A stretch of 64,000 nucleotides of DNA from Gammaproteobacteria bacterium AqS3 (GTDB lineage: Bacteria > Pseudomonadota > Gammaproteobacteria > MEIF01 > AqS3). Where the stretch lies: contig MEIF01000228.1 in NCBI GenBank assembly GCA_001750645.1, forward strand, positions 79,322 to 143,321. Reading direction: 5' to 3'. Made by a program: the position numbers and the translations under genes. The first letter of the stretch is position 1; each line of letters starts with the position of its first letter. The notes below the pieces were generated by a model. That model was not told the origin of the DNA and searched no databases. It worked only from the letters and a program-made list of their open reading frames with translations. Below, piece after piece: positions 21,869 through 31,640 of this stretch.

Positions 21869-22366
21869 GTGCGACATCTGAGAGAAATCATCGTTTTTGC
21901 CGCAGTGATGCTCGCCCTCGCCGGCTGTGGCGAGCCCCCTGCTCCCCCTCCTCCGCCCGCTGCGGGACCGTATCCCGAGGGCGCCGACGCCCGTGCTGCC
22001 ATCGCGGTCGGATTGCAGCGCGCCAGGGAGAGCGGCAAGCGTGTCCTGCTGAAATTCGGCGCCAACTGGTGCCCTGACTGCCTGGCGCTGGAGCAATCCT
22101 TCACCGGGGACGGCCCGACCGGCGAGCTGATTCGCGCCAACTTTGAAGTCGTCAAGATCGATGTCGGTCGCTGGGATGTCAATATGGACGTGGCCGCCGA
22201 CTACGACGAGGCAGCCTCCAACGGAATCCCCTCGATAGCTGTTCTGGACAGCGAGGGCAAGCTGCTGCACGTGACCAAGGCCAGGGAGCTGGCCAGTGCG
22301 CGCGGCATGTCCGAGGACAACATTCACGAGTGGTTTGGCGACCTTCTGAAACAGCTGGATGGCTGA
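21869..22366 (+). CDS. Thioredoxin-fold lipoprotein (GTG start)
   Basis: Lipobox MLALAGC after GTG 21869 with AGGGGG RBS. CxxC-like WCPDC thioredoxin-fold motif. Confidence 0.6.
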   Translation: MRHLREIIVFAAVMLALAGCGEPPAPPPPPAAGPYPEGADARAAIAVGLQRARESGKRVLLKFGANWCPDCLALEQSFTGDGPTGELIRANFEVVKIDVGRWDVNMDVAADYDEAASNGIPSIAVLDSEGKLLHVTKARELASARGMSEDNIHEWFGDLLKQLDG

Positions 22367-23354
22367 GGGGCAGTATCCGGCAGTGCGTCTGCGCCGCCTG
22401 CGCAGCCAGGCGTTTCTGCGCCGGCAGGTCGCCGAGCATCGCCTTGACCCGGCCGGGCTGATCCTTCCGGTATTTGTGCATGGGCACTCTGAAAGCGAGC
22501 CGATCCCGGCGATGCCCGGAGTCAGCCGGCTCTCAACCGAAGACCTGCTGCGCACCGGAGCGCGCTGCCTCGAGCTCAACATTCCCTCGATCGCCGTCTT
22601 CCCGGCAATCGATCCGGCGCTCAAAACTCCGGACGGGCGGGAGGCGCTCAACCCCGACGGTCTGGCGCAGCGCAGCGTGCGCGCCCTCAAAACCGAATTC
22701 GGAGATCGACTCGGCGTCATTGCCGACGTCGCCCTGGATCCCTATACCAGCCACGGGCACGACGGCGTTCTCGATGAGGCGGGTCGGGTGCGCAACGACG
22801 AAAGCGTTGCACTCCTGGTCGACCAGGCCGTCTCGCTGGCTGAGGCCGGCGTCGACGTCGTCGCACCCTCGGACATGATGGACGGGCGCATCGGGGCGAT
22901 TCGCAGCGCACTTGAGTCCGCCGGCCACAGCGACGCCGTCATCCTGTCCTACGCCGCCAAATACGCCTCGAGCTTCTACGCCCCGTTTCGTCACGCCCTG
23001 GGCTCGGCCGGTGCGCTGCGGGGCGACAAGCGCACCTATCAGATGGATCCCGCCAATGCGCGCGAAGCCGAGCGGGAGGCGGCGCTGGATCTGGCCGAGG
23101 GTGCGGACATGATCATGGTGAAGCCCGGCATGATGTACCTGGACATCGTTCGCCGCCTTGCCGAGCGCTTTGAGGCGCCGGTGCTGGCCTATCAGGTCAG
23201 CGGCGAATATGCTATGTTAAAAAACGCGATCAACTCGGGCGCACTCGGATCCGAGGCTGTCTTGGAAACCTTGAGAGCCTTCTTTCGAGCCGGCGCCCGA
23301 GCGGTTCTGACCTACCATGCACTGGAGGCCGCCGAGGCCATCCGCAAACTGTGA
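22359..23354 (+). CDS. hemB: Porphobilinogen synthase (delta-aminolevulinic acid dehydratase)
   Basis: Full-length HemB colinearity (PSDMMDGRIGAIR, active-site Lys region SYAAKYAS, C-terminal GADMIMVKPG). Confidence 0.9.
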   Translation: MAEGQYPAVRLRRLRSQAFLRRQVAEHRLDPAGLILPVFVHGHSESEPIPAMPGVSRLSTEDLLRTGARCLELNIPSIAVFPAIDPALKTPDGREALNPDGLAQRSVRALKTEFGDRLGVIADVALDPYTSHGHDGVLDEAGRVRNDESVALLVDQAVSLAEAGVDVVAPSDMMDGRIGAIRSALESAGHSDAVILSYAAKYASSFYAPFRHALGSAGALRGDKRTYQMDPANAREAEREAALDLAEGADMIMVKPGMMYLDIVRRLAERFEAPVLAYQVSGEYAMLKNAINSGALGSEAVLETLRAFFRAGARAVLTYHALEAAEAIRKL

Positions 23355-23383
23355 TCCACCCCAAAACAAAGGAGTAAAGTCAG

Positions 23384-23710
23384 ATGAGCAACGTCGTTGA
23401 AATTAACCGGGACAACTTTGACCAACTGGTGCGGCAGGCCGGCATGCCCGTGCTGGTTGATTTTTGGGCGGCCTGGTGCGGGCCCTGCAAGCAGATCGCC
23501 CCGCTGATCGAACAGATGGCTGAAAGCCGAAGCGATCTTCGCATCGGCAAGGTCGATGTCGATGCCAACCCCGAGCTGGCCGCTGAATTCGGCGTGCGCA
23601 GCATCCCCACCCTGATGCTGTTTTCCAACGGCGAGGCGGTCAACACCCGTCTGGGCACATTGACCCAGAATGAACTCGATGAATTTGTCCAGTTGAATCA
23701 GGGTGACTGA
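23384..23710 (+). CDS. trxA: Thioredoxin 1
   Basis: WAAWCGPCK active site. 108 aa. Upstream of rho as in E. coli. Confidence 0.92.
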   Translation: MSNVVEINRDNFDQLVRQAGMPVLVDFWAAWCGPCKQIAPLIEQMAESRSDLRIGKVDVDANPELAAEFGVRSIPTLMLFSNGEAVNTRLGTLTQNELDEFVQLNQGD

Positions 23711-23876
23711 ATTTCGCGTTTTAACTATGTGCCTTGTGCTAAAATCACGCCGCTCTGGGCGCCTGGGTGAGCGGGCGCGGATGATGAGACCCCAGACTTC
23801 CCCTATGCATCGGGCTTGGAAAATTAGGCTGGCCTGAAAATCATTTACACCGACACTTCGCAAAGAAGGATCTTTT

Positions 23877-25364
23877 ATGTCGATTGACGAAAACAATAAT
23901 CTTGAGGTTGAGGCTACGGCCGGCGAGCGACCGGCGCGCAATTCGCGCAATCGCGGCAGGTCGAGGCGACGGTCCTATCGTCCCAGTGCCCCGGGCAGTC
24001 CTGAAAATCAGCAGGGCGAGGAAAGCCAGCAATACGAGGAGCGCGTTCCCCAGGAGCCTGAGCCGCTGCCTGACGGCATTGAAATCTCCTCTGAGCTCTC
24101 GGTTCTGCGCGGCGATTCAGTCGAGCGGCTGCACGAACTGTGTCAGCAGCTTGGGCTGGAGACCGGTCGGGCGCGCAAGGTTGACCTGATCTGCTCCATT
24201 GCCAGACGGCTGGCGCGTGCCGGCAATGAAATATTCGGCGAGGGCGTGCTCGATATTGTCTCGGGCCGGGACAACCGCCAGAACGGTTTTCTGCGTTCGC
24301 GCGAGGCCTCGTACACCAGCAGCCAGGATGACATCTACGTCGACGGTCGGCAGATCAACCGCCACCGCCTGCGCCCCGGCGATGTGATCCGGTGCAGCCT
24401 GCGGATCTCGCCCAAGAGCTTTTCGCTGGATCGCATTGAGACGGTCAACGGGGTGGCGATTGATGAGCTCAGGCGCCGGCCTGTTTTTGAGGAATTGACG
24501 CCGACCTTCCCCGACCAGGCCATGAAATTGGAGCAGGGCACCGGGAGCAGCGACGACATCTCGGCGCGCACGATTGATCTGATTGCTCCGATAGGCCGGG
24601 GCCAGCGCGGGCTGATTGTCTCGCCGCCCAAGGCCGGCAAGACCGTTCTGCTGCACGCCATTGCCCAGTCCATCCTGCGCAACAACGACGACATTGAGCT
24701 GATCGTGCTGCTGATCGATGAGCGTCCCGAGGAGGTCACCGAGATGGAGCGCACGGTGCGCAGCGACATCAATCCCGTCGAAGTCATCGCCAGCACCTTT
24801 GACGAGCCCGCCACCCGCCATGTCCAGGTCGCCAACATGGTGATTGAAAAGTCCAGGCGCATGGTCGAGAACGGCAAGCACGTGGTCATCCTGCTCGACT
24901 CGCTGACACGCCTGGCGCGCGCCTACAACACCGTCCAGCCGTCCTCAGGCCGGGTGTTGACCGGCGGGGTGGACGCCAATGCACTGGAGCGGCCCAAGCG
25001 TTTCTTTGGCGCTGCGCGCAATATTGACGGCGGCGGGAGCCTGACCATCCTGGCCACCGCGCTGATCGACACCGGCTCGAAAATGGACGAGGTCATCTAC
25101 GAGGAATTCAAGGGCACCGGCAACATGGAAGTACACCTGGATCGGCGCATCGCCGAGAAGCGCGTCTTCCCGGCCATCAATATCCGGCGTTCAGGCACGC
25201 GCCGCGAAGACCTGGTCATGGAGGCGGACGTGCTCAACAACATCTGGATTCTGAGGCGGCTGCTGCACGATATGGATGATTTGCCGGCGATGGAGCTGCT
25301 CAGCGGCCAACTCAAGCAGACCAGGACCAACGAGGCGCTTCTGAACAGCATGAAGGGCAAATAG
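23877..25364 (+). CDS. rho: Transcription termination factor Rho with ~75-aa R/S/E-rich N-terminal insertion
   Basis: RNA-binding OB ([20 protein letters not shown]). Walker A PPKAGKT. Q- and R-loops. 495 aa versus ~419 typical. Confidence 0.95.
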   Translation: MSIDENNNLEVEATAGERPARNSRNRGRSRRRSYRPSAPGSPENQQGEESQQYEERVPQEPEPLPDGIEISSELSVLRGDSVERLHELCQQLGLETGRARKVDLICSIARRLARAGNEIFGEGVLDIVSGRDNRQNGFLRSREASYTSSQDDIYVDGRQINRHRLRPGDVIRCSLRISPKSFSLDRIETVNGVAIDELRRRPVFEELTPTFPDQAMKLEQGTGSSDDISARTIDLIAPIGRGQRGLIVSPPKAGKTVLLHAIAQSILRNNDDIELIVLLIDERPEEVTEMERTVRSDINPVEVIASTFDEPATRHVQVANMVIEKSRRMVENGKHVVILLDSLTRLARAYNTVQPSSGRVLTGGVDANALERPKRFFGAARNIDGGGSLTILATALIDTGSKMDEVIYEEFKGTGNMEVHLDRRIAEKRVFPAINIRRSGTRREDLVMEADVLNNIWILRRLLHDMDDLPAMELLSGQLKQTRTNEALLNSMKGK

Positions 25365-25881
25365 CCGGCCCTTGATTTGCGGGCGGCAGGCCCTCTCCAC
25401 ACCACCACTATCAGGACTTTGCCGGTCGCCGGTCGGGCTTTTCTTCCCCTGCGGCGGCGGGGTGAAAGATTCGAGCCTGCGACCTTTTGACCCCTGACAG
25501 ACTGCCGGGCGCTGCACCGCTAGGCCCGCTCCTGAGGGGAGCGCGGATCATTGGCGCAGCACTTCGGCGGCTCGCCACTCGCGGGCCGGCGAATCCGCAG
25601 CGGGGTCAGATTGTGATCGTTTCCAGCGCAGCGGGGGCAGTGGTCGGGGTTGGTCGCCCGGTATGCCCGCAGCGCATCAAAGTCGGTCTCGGCGATCACG
25701 GCGGCGAGGCAGCTCATCTGCGCACCTCCCCGAACACCCCAACCGGCAGATCGATGGCGGACAGCAGACTGGCCATCTGTCAGAAGAGAACAGCGCCGCC
25801 GCCGATCAGCAGCGTCAAGCCGGCGATAAATCTATGTATCCGAATGCTGGAATGTGCCTTTCGGGAAAAGCCGTCAAAGCA

Positions 25882-27714
25882 TCACCACCCGCAGGAGCGA
25901 CCGGCGTTCTGCTCATCGAGCCATATCTTCAGCGGTGCAAAGTACTCCTGAATGACGCTGGCATCCATGCTGCGCTGACCGGCGAGCACTTCCATGGTGT
26001 CCTGCCACGGACGGCTCAATCCCATCTCCAAGGCCTTGATCAGGCGCTCACCGGCCTCCTTGCTGTCGTAGACGGTGCACAGGTGCAGGGGGCCTTCGTA
26101 ACCGGCGCTCTTGCACAGCGCCTTGTGGAACTGGAACTGCTGAATGTGCGCCAGAAAGTAGCGCATGTAGGGCGTATTTCCGGGGATGTGGTATTTGGCG
26201 CCGGGGTCGAAGTTGTCCTCGGTGCGCTCCACCGGCGGGACGATGCCCTGGTACTTCAGGCGCAGATCCCACCAACCCTGATTCCATTTGCTCTCGGGCA
26301 ATTCACCGCTGAACACCTGCCAGCGCCACTTGTCGATCAGCAGACCGAACGGCAGAAAAGCGATCTTGTCCAGCGCCTGCCGCAGCAGCATGGAAATGTC
26401 GTCGCGCTGGCGGGGCGCCTCCTCGAGCATTCCGATCTTGACCAGGTAGTCGGGCGTGATCGACAGGGCAATGGTGTCGCCAATGGCCTCGTGAAAGCCG
26501 TCGTTGGCTCCGCCTCTCAGCAGCAGCGGCAGGTGTTTGTAGGCGCGCTGATAGAAGTTGTGGCCGAGCTCGTGGTGGATGGTTGAGAAATCCTCGGCAT
26601 CCGGCTTGATGCACATCTTGATGCGGATGTCATCCTGATCGTCCAGATTCCAGGCGCTCGCATGGCAGACCACGTCGCGATCACGCGGCTTGAGGAACAG
26701 GGAGCGATCCCAGAAAGTCTTGGGAAGGGGCTCAAACCCGAGGGAGGTGAAGAATTTTTCGGCGATTCGCACCATCTCGACCTCATCGGTATCCGCCAGC
26801 AGGGCGTCAAGGTCGTAGCCCGCCCCCACTCCGGAGCCGGCGGGCTTGATCAGGTCGTAGACATTGCCCCACTGCTGCGCCCACATGTTGCCCAGCAGAT
26901 GCGCCGGGATCGGCTTGTCCAGGGGGACCTGATCGTCGCCGTAGCGCTCGTTCAGCTTGGCGCGCACGTGGCAGTGCAGTGCGGTGTAGAACGGCTTGAC
27001 CTGATCCCAGAGACGATCCATCTCCTGGACGAAGGTATCGGGTCTCATGTCATACCCGCTGCGCCACAGATGCCCGATATCCTCATAGCCCAGATCGCGC
27101 GCACCCTCGTTGCCGAGCTGCACCAGCTCCTGGTATTCGCTCCGCATCGGCGGGGAGATGGTGCGCCAGCCCTTCCAGGCCTCCAGCAGATCGTTGTAAT
27201 TGCGGCTCTTGGCCATCACCTCGGACAGCTCGCCGAGATTGCGGCAGCTTTCGGTCCCGTCGGGCTGCTCTTGGCAGTAGGTGCCCTTGCCGTACGTCCC
27301 CTCCAGGCTGGCCTCGATTTCTGAGAGTCGCTTGCTCTTTTCCGGGTCGCCCGGCGGCGGCAGGGTCAGCCCGCCCTTGAGGATTTCCAGCTGCCGGCGA
27401 ACCTCCAGGGGCAGTGCGATGCCGTCAAAGTAGGGAGCCTTGACCGCGTACTCCTTGACGATCGACTTGACCTGCTCGGAGGTGTAGGCGCTCAGCTCCT
27501 GGCTGTCGTAGGTGATGAAGTTGGCGGCAATCCAGGCTGCGTGGGCAGCGGCCTTGCCGGGCCCCTCCAGATCTTTTTCAAGATCTTGGAGAAACTGCCT
27601 GGCCCCGGCCTCGTTCCGGGAATACTCCTCCTGAGAGCAGGAACCGAGCAGCAGTGCGACCGACCACAGGGCGGCCAGAGCGACCGCCTTGGAAAAACCC
27701 CTGATTTTGTCCAT
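25882..27714 (-). CDS. M2-family peptidyl-dipeptidase (bacterial ACE-like zinc metallopeptidase), lipoprotein
   Basis: HHELGH zinc motif plus downstream E. ~610 aa. Lipobox LLLGSC. Confidence 0.75.
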   Translation of the reverse strand: MDKIRGFSKAVALAALWSVALLLGSCSQEEYSRNEAGARQFLQDLEKDLEGPGKAAAHAAWIAANFITYDSQELSAYTSEQVKSIVKEYAVKAPYFDGIALPLEVRRQLEILKGGLTLPPPGDPEKSKRLSEIEASLEGTYGKGTYCQEQPDGTESCRNLGELSEVMAKSRNYNDLLEAWKGWRTISPPMRSEYQELVQLGNEGARDLGYEDIGHLWRSGYDMRPDTFVQEMDRLWDQVKPFYTALHCHVRAKLNERYGDDQVPLDKPIPAHLLGNMWAQQWGNVYDLIKPAGSGVGAGYDLDALLADTDEVEMVRIAEKFFTSLGFEPLPKTFWDRSLFLKPRDRDVVCHASAWNLDDQDDIRIKMCIKPDAEDFSTIHHELGHNFYQRAYKHLPLLLRGGANDGFHEAIGDTIALSITPDYLVKIGMLEEAPRQRDDISMLLRQALDKIAFLPFGLLIDKWRWQVFSGELPESKWNQGWWDLRLKYQGIVPPVERTEDNFDPGAKYHIPGNTPYMRYFLAHIQQFQFHKALCKSAGYEGPLHLCTVYDSKEAGERLIKALEMGLSRPWQDTMEVLAGQRSMDASVIQEYFAPLKIWLDEQNAGRSCGW

Positions 27715-27720
27715 TTGAAA

Positions 27721-29514
27721 TTAATTCCCCCCGTTGGCAACCCATTCATCGATCAAACTCTCGAGAATGTCCAGAGGCACGGCGCCGTTTTGCAGCACCA
27801 CCTCGTGAAACTTGCGGATGTCAAAATTTTCGCCCAGCTGCTCGCGCGCGCCCTCGCGCAGCTCGAGGATCTTCATCATTCCGATCTTGTAGGCGGTGGC
27901 CTGGCCGGGCATGACGATGTAGCGCTCGATGGATTTGGCTGAGTCGTTCTCGGGGTTCGGGGTGTTTTCAATCAGCCAGTCGATGGCCTGCTGGCGGGTC
28001 CACTTCTTGCTGTGCAGGCCGGTGTCCACCACCAGGCGGGCGCTGCGCCAGAGCTCCATGGCCAGTCGACCGAAATCCGAGTACGGATCCTGATACATGC
28101 CGACCTCCTTCGGCAGATATTCCGAATACAGCCCCCAGCCCTCGATGTAGGCCGTGAAGTTGCTCAGCTTGCGGAACTCGGGAACCCCCTCCAGCTCGGC
28201 TGCGACGGCCAGCTGCAGGTGGTGGCCGGGAACGCCCTCGTGATAGGCCAGCGCCTCCATCTGATATTTCGGCATGTCGGCCATGACGGACAGGTTGGCG
28301 TAGTAGATCCCCGGGCGCGATCCATCCGGGGCGGGGCGCGAGTAGAACGCCTTGCCGGCGGCCTTCTCGCGGAACTTCTCGACCCGCTTGACCTTCAGCT
28401 TGGAAGTCGGAATGGTGATGAACTGCTCGCCCAGCTTGGCCTCCATGGCATCGATGATCTTCTGGGTGTCGTCCAGATAAGCCTGCCTGCCGGCATCGGT
28501 TTCCGGGTAGTAGAACTGCTTGTCGCTGCGCATGAACTTGAAGAAGGCCTGCAGGTCGCCGCGGAAATTGACTTGCTTGCGCAGCTCGTCCATCTCGGCG
28601 TGAACGCGCTTGACATCCTCCAGACCCTTTTGGTGGATCTCATCCGCCGTCATGTCGGTTGTGGTGTAGCTGCGCAGCTGGAAGTTGTAGTACTCCTCGC
28701 CGTCGGGCAGCTTCCAGACCCCGTCGTCCTCGGTGGCCTTGCTTTCAAGGTCGCGCAGCACGCCGATCAGCTGTCGATAGCCGGCGCTGAACTGCAGCAG
28801 CAAGGCATTGGAGGCGCGCTCGATGAGTTTGTCAGTTTTGGCCTGGTCAAGGTTCAGCGCCTTCACCTTCTTGACGAAGTCGGCGTAGACGGCGTTGTCA
28901 AAATCGTCCTTCTTGTTCAGAGGCTTGCCCGACAGCACGCGCTCGCTGGTTCCGATCACCAGAGGGTAGACGAACTTGGGCGGGAAGATGCCCTCCTTCT
29001 GCTGTTTCTGCAGGAGCACATTGACCTGCTTGAGCAGCTTCTCGACTCCCCTGATGCGCTCGATGTAGGCGAGGGCATCCTCCTCGGAGTCGATTCTGTG
29101 GAAGTTGATCAGCAGGGCGGGTATCCCTGCCTGGACGCCGAACATCTGGTTGACCGGATAGGTGTGCAGGCGCCAGCGGTTGCGCTCGATCTGGCGCTCC
29201 AGCATGCGCTCGAACAGATCGTAGTTCAGGCGGTTTTCGGGGGTGAGCTGGTCATAGCTGAGACCGCGCAGCTCTTCTAACTGACGCTGAGCCATCCTGT
29301 AGCTCATATCCATGTCGCGCTCGGCGTAGCTGTCCCACTCCCCGTAGCGTTCCCTTCGTCCCAGAGCCGTCAGCGTCTCCGGCGAGGTCATCAGCTGCTC
29401 CTCGTAAGCCTTGGCGAAGAATTCCTCGGCTGATTCATTGGCGAGCTGATTCAGATACTCACAGCCCCCCAGCAGAAAAGCCATGAGAACGACAGTGAAT
29501 AGGCGATAGTGCAT
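27721..29514 (-). CDS. DUF885-family putative metallopeptidase lipoprotein
   Basis: HEGVPGHHLQ motif. Lipobox FLLGGC after the ATG at 29514. Confidence 0.6.
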   Translation of the reverse strand: MHYRLFTVVLMAFLLGGCEYLNQLANESAEEFFAKAYEEQLMTSPETLTALGRRERYGEWDSYAERDMDMSYRMAQRQLEELRGLSYDQLTPENRLNYDLFERMLERQIERNRWRLHTYPVNQMFGVQAGIPALLINFHRIDSEEDALAYIERIRGVEKLLKQVNVLLQKQQKEGIFPPKFVYPLVIGTSERVLSGKPLNKKDDFDNAVYADFVKKVKALNLDQAKTDKLIERASNALLLQFSAGYRQLIGVLRDLESKATEDDGVWKLPDGEEYYNFQLRSYTTTDMTADEIHQKGLEDVKRVHAEMDELRKQVNFRGDLQAFFKFMRSDKQFYYPETDAGRQAYLDDTQKIIDAMEAKLGEQFITIPTSKLKVKRVEKFREKAAGKAFYSRPAPDGSRPGIYYANLSVMADMPKYQMEALAYHEGVPGHHLQLAVAAELEGVPEFRKLSNFTAYIEGWGLYSEYLPKEVGMYQDPYSDFGRLAMELWRSARLVVDTGLHSKKWTRQQAIDWLIENTPNPENDSAKSIERYIVMPGQATAYKIGMMKILELREGAREQLGENFDIRKFHEVVLQNGAVPLDILESLIDEWVANGGN

Positions 29515-29702
29515 AACCGACCCTCTTTGGGTGGAAATTAAGCCGAGCATTGTAATGGCAACTCAGCCGAATATTCATAGCGGGCGGGTTGAATGGGTTC
29601 GCCGCCAAGCAACGGACTTTTATTGGGATGAGTGGATGGTTGACCCAATCCGCCCTTTTCAGTTGAGTTGGGGTGCATATTGGCCCACGCAGAGGCCTGT
29701 TC

Positions 29703-31640
29703 TTATGCAATGTCTACCTCTTCCTCGGCAAACCAGTCATTTCTCAAGACGTAATCTTTCACCTTGTCGGGGTTTTCAGCATAAGCCACCAAAGCCAGGC
29801 TGCTTTTGCTGCGGCTGCAGGCAACATAGAAAAGCCGCCGGGTTCGATCAATTGAGCTGTCTCTGCCCTCGTCAAGGTTGCTTATGTCAGTCCGCGAATA
29901 CGCCCTGTCGCCGAGCAGCTTGCCGTAGCTGAACATGAAGCCGCGCGACTCGGAATCGTCCATGATCACCATGACACGCTCAAACTCCAAGCCCTTCACG
30001 CCTTGGTGGGTGTCAAACGCTGTCAGCCCGTCAATATATTTCTGATAGATGTCGATCTCGGAGAATGGAGCCTCCAAGAAGGAAAGCACGGCTGCTGTGC
30101 GTTCATCAAGCGGATCGGCTTGCATGTCTTCCTGGGAGGAGTCCGCAGAGCTGTCTAAGACCGCGTGGGCAGACAGCAAGACCTCTGGGATCTCGAACAA
30201 TTCGTGTTCAAGAATGCAGCGCAAAACGTCGGCGCATGTCGGTGTGCCTTTGCCGCAAAGCGACATCAGGGCATCAACGCCGGCCTGAGCCTGCATCATC
30301 AATTGCTTTGGGTCGGAAGCCTCTTTGAGAGCGTCTCGAGTCAACAGCGGAGACGACTGCCGGATCAGCCTGAAAACTGTGAATCGGTCGTTTTTCTGTT
30401 GGGCCTGAACAAGCGGAAAAGCCAATTGAGTGAAGAACCGAAGCAGGGGGAGGCTGCCATCGAGCAGTCCGGTGCGCCAGCCATCGATTTTGTAGAGAGG
30501 CTTGAAGACCGCTTCAAACTTCAGGCGCCTTGCAGCCATGTGATGCTCAAGCGTGAGAATCTTGCACTGATCTCGATTGCCCCAGCCGGCATCACCGGAA
30601 TATTCAGCCATTTGGCTTCGGATATCCTCTTCGATTGCCGTATGGTCTGTTACATCGGCGCGTCGGATAAACAGCCTCACCTTCCCATTAAGTGCATCCG
30701 ATCTGGCTTCCTGAGTGTGCTCATCCGCTGTCTCCCGAATCTTATTGATGAGTCGCACAACCCGCTTGGGGCAGCGATGATTGAGTCTTTTGGAGGGCCT
30801 TCCCCAACGCTCGGGAAGCTCCTCTTCGATATGCTCTTTGCCGTCCTGATAAATTCGCTGCATGACATCGCCGATCAGTCCCAGGCAAAACCGGTCTGAA
30901 TGCCTTTGATCAACCGTGAAGAGGGCGCCAATCAGATGGCGGTTGGTGTCCTGACTTTCGTCAATTAGCAGGATGGGAAATCGACCAACCAGTATCCAGC
31001 CCATGAGGGGTTTCTGAGATAGAAAATCTGCGCAGATTTGAATGACTTCTGCATGGTTGAGTGCATTGGATTCGGAGTTTTCACCGTTGGGGCTGTAGAT
31101 GAAAGACTGAATGGCATCAAGCCGCTCTAACTGCTTTCCTTTGGATTTGATTTTGGCTTGCCGTTCTATCGATGCCTTGGTTCTAGAGCGGCCTTTATCT
31201 TCCTTTATTTGGAGTTCATCTATTTCCTCTTGCAAATTTTTGCGGAGCCATTCTCTAATGTCGTGATCAAAACCCTTAATCAGCTCCCAGGCAAAGCTGT
31301 GAATGGTCGCTACGTAGAAGAGAGGATGGGAATCTGTCCGCCGAATGATTTCATCACGGGCGGCATTGGTATAGGTGATCACACCGACACGATGGCCGTG
31401 CAATGTCAGTTCGCGTTCATATTTTGAGCGAATATGATCCAGTGAATTGACCAAGGTCCGCGTCTTTCCTGAGCCGGCACCTGCAAAAAGAAAGAAGCTT
31501 CTCGGCTCTTTGGGATTGAGATAGCCGGCGATTTCCTCATCTACGGGGTCGTCTAAGGTGCTGTTTACAGTCAGGGACGGACTAATGGTCATGGCCTTTT
31601 TGAGGCTTTGTATCTTCAGCTGGCTTTGGATTAACGACAC
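29703..31640 (-). CDS. gajB: UvrD-like SF1 helicase, GajB-like (Gabija-like pair 2); start may be the internal Met near 31592
   Basis: Walker A FLFAGAGSGKTRTL, motif II LLIDESQD, C-terminal VACSRSKSSL. Paralogous to the 15129..17006 product. Confidence 0.7.
   Translation of the reverse strand: MSLIQSQLKIQSLKKAMTISPSLTVNSTLDDPVDEEIAGYLNPKEPRSFFLFAGAGSGKTRTLVNSLDHIRSKYERELTLHGHRVGVITYTNAARDEIIRRTDSHPLFYVATIHSFAWELIKGFDHDIREWLRKNLQEEIDELQIKEDKGRSRTKASIERQAKIKSKGKQLERLDAIQSFIYSPNGENSESNALNHAEVIQICADFLSQKPLMGWILVGRFPILLIDESQDTNRHLIGALFTVDQRHSDRFCLGLIGDVMQRIYQDGKEHIEEELPERWGRPSKRLNHRCPKRVVRLINKIRETADEHTQEARSDALNGKVRLFIRRADVTDHTAIEEDIRSQMAEYSGDAGWGNRDQCKILTLEHHMAARRLKFEAVFKPLYKIDGWRTGLLDGSLPLLRFFTQLAFPLVQAQQKNDRFTVFRLIRQSSPLLTRDALKEASDPKQLMMQAQAGVDALMSLCGKGTPTCADVLRCILEHELFEIPEVLLSAHAVLDSSADSSQEDMQADPLDERTAAVLSFLEAPFSEIDIYQKYIDGLTAFDTHQGVKGLEFERVMVIMDDSESRGFMFSYGKLLGDRAYSRTDISNLDEGRDSSIDRTRRLFYVACSRSKSSLALVAYAENPDKVKDYVLRNDWFAEEEVDIA

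Noticed and set aside
21797-22720. N-terminal ~300 codons of the 1206-aa ORF containing clpB
   Set aside because: Arg/Ser/Gly-rich extension with no similarity to ClpB. It overlaps the divergent thioredoxin-like lipoprotein gene. ClpB homology begins at [14 protein letters not shown].
25520-25717. 65-aa Cys-containing ORF (CPRC...CC) between rho and the M2 peptidase gene
   Set aside because: No convincing RBS or known motif. Lies in the probable rho terminator/3' UTR. Could be a real small protein, but evidence is insufficient.
28012-29280. 422-aa plus-strand ORF
   Set aside because: Antisense to the DUF885 gene.
29551-29750. Possible direct repeat of the tRNA-Arg 3' end marking the distal island boundary
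   Set aside because: Looked for a copy of tggcgcgcccggcaggattcgaacc-like sequence. Only weak resemblance (ggttgaatgggttcgccgcc), not convincing by eye. Needs alignment software.
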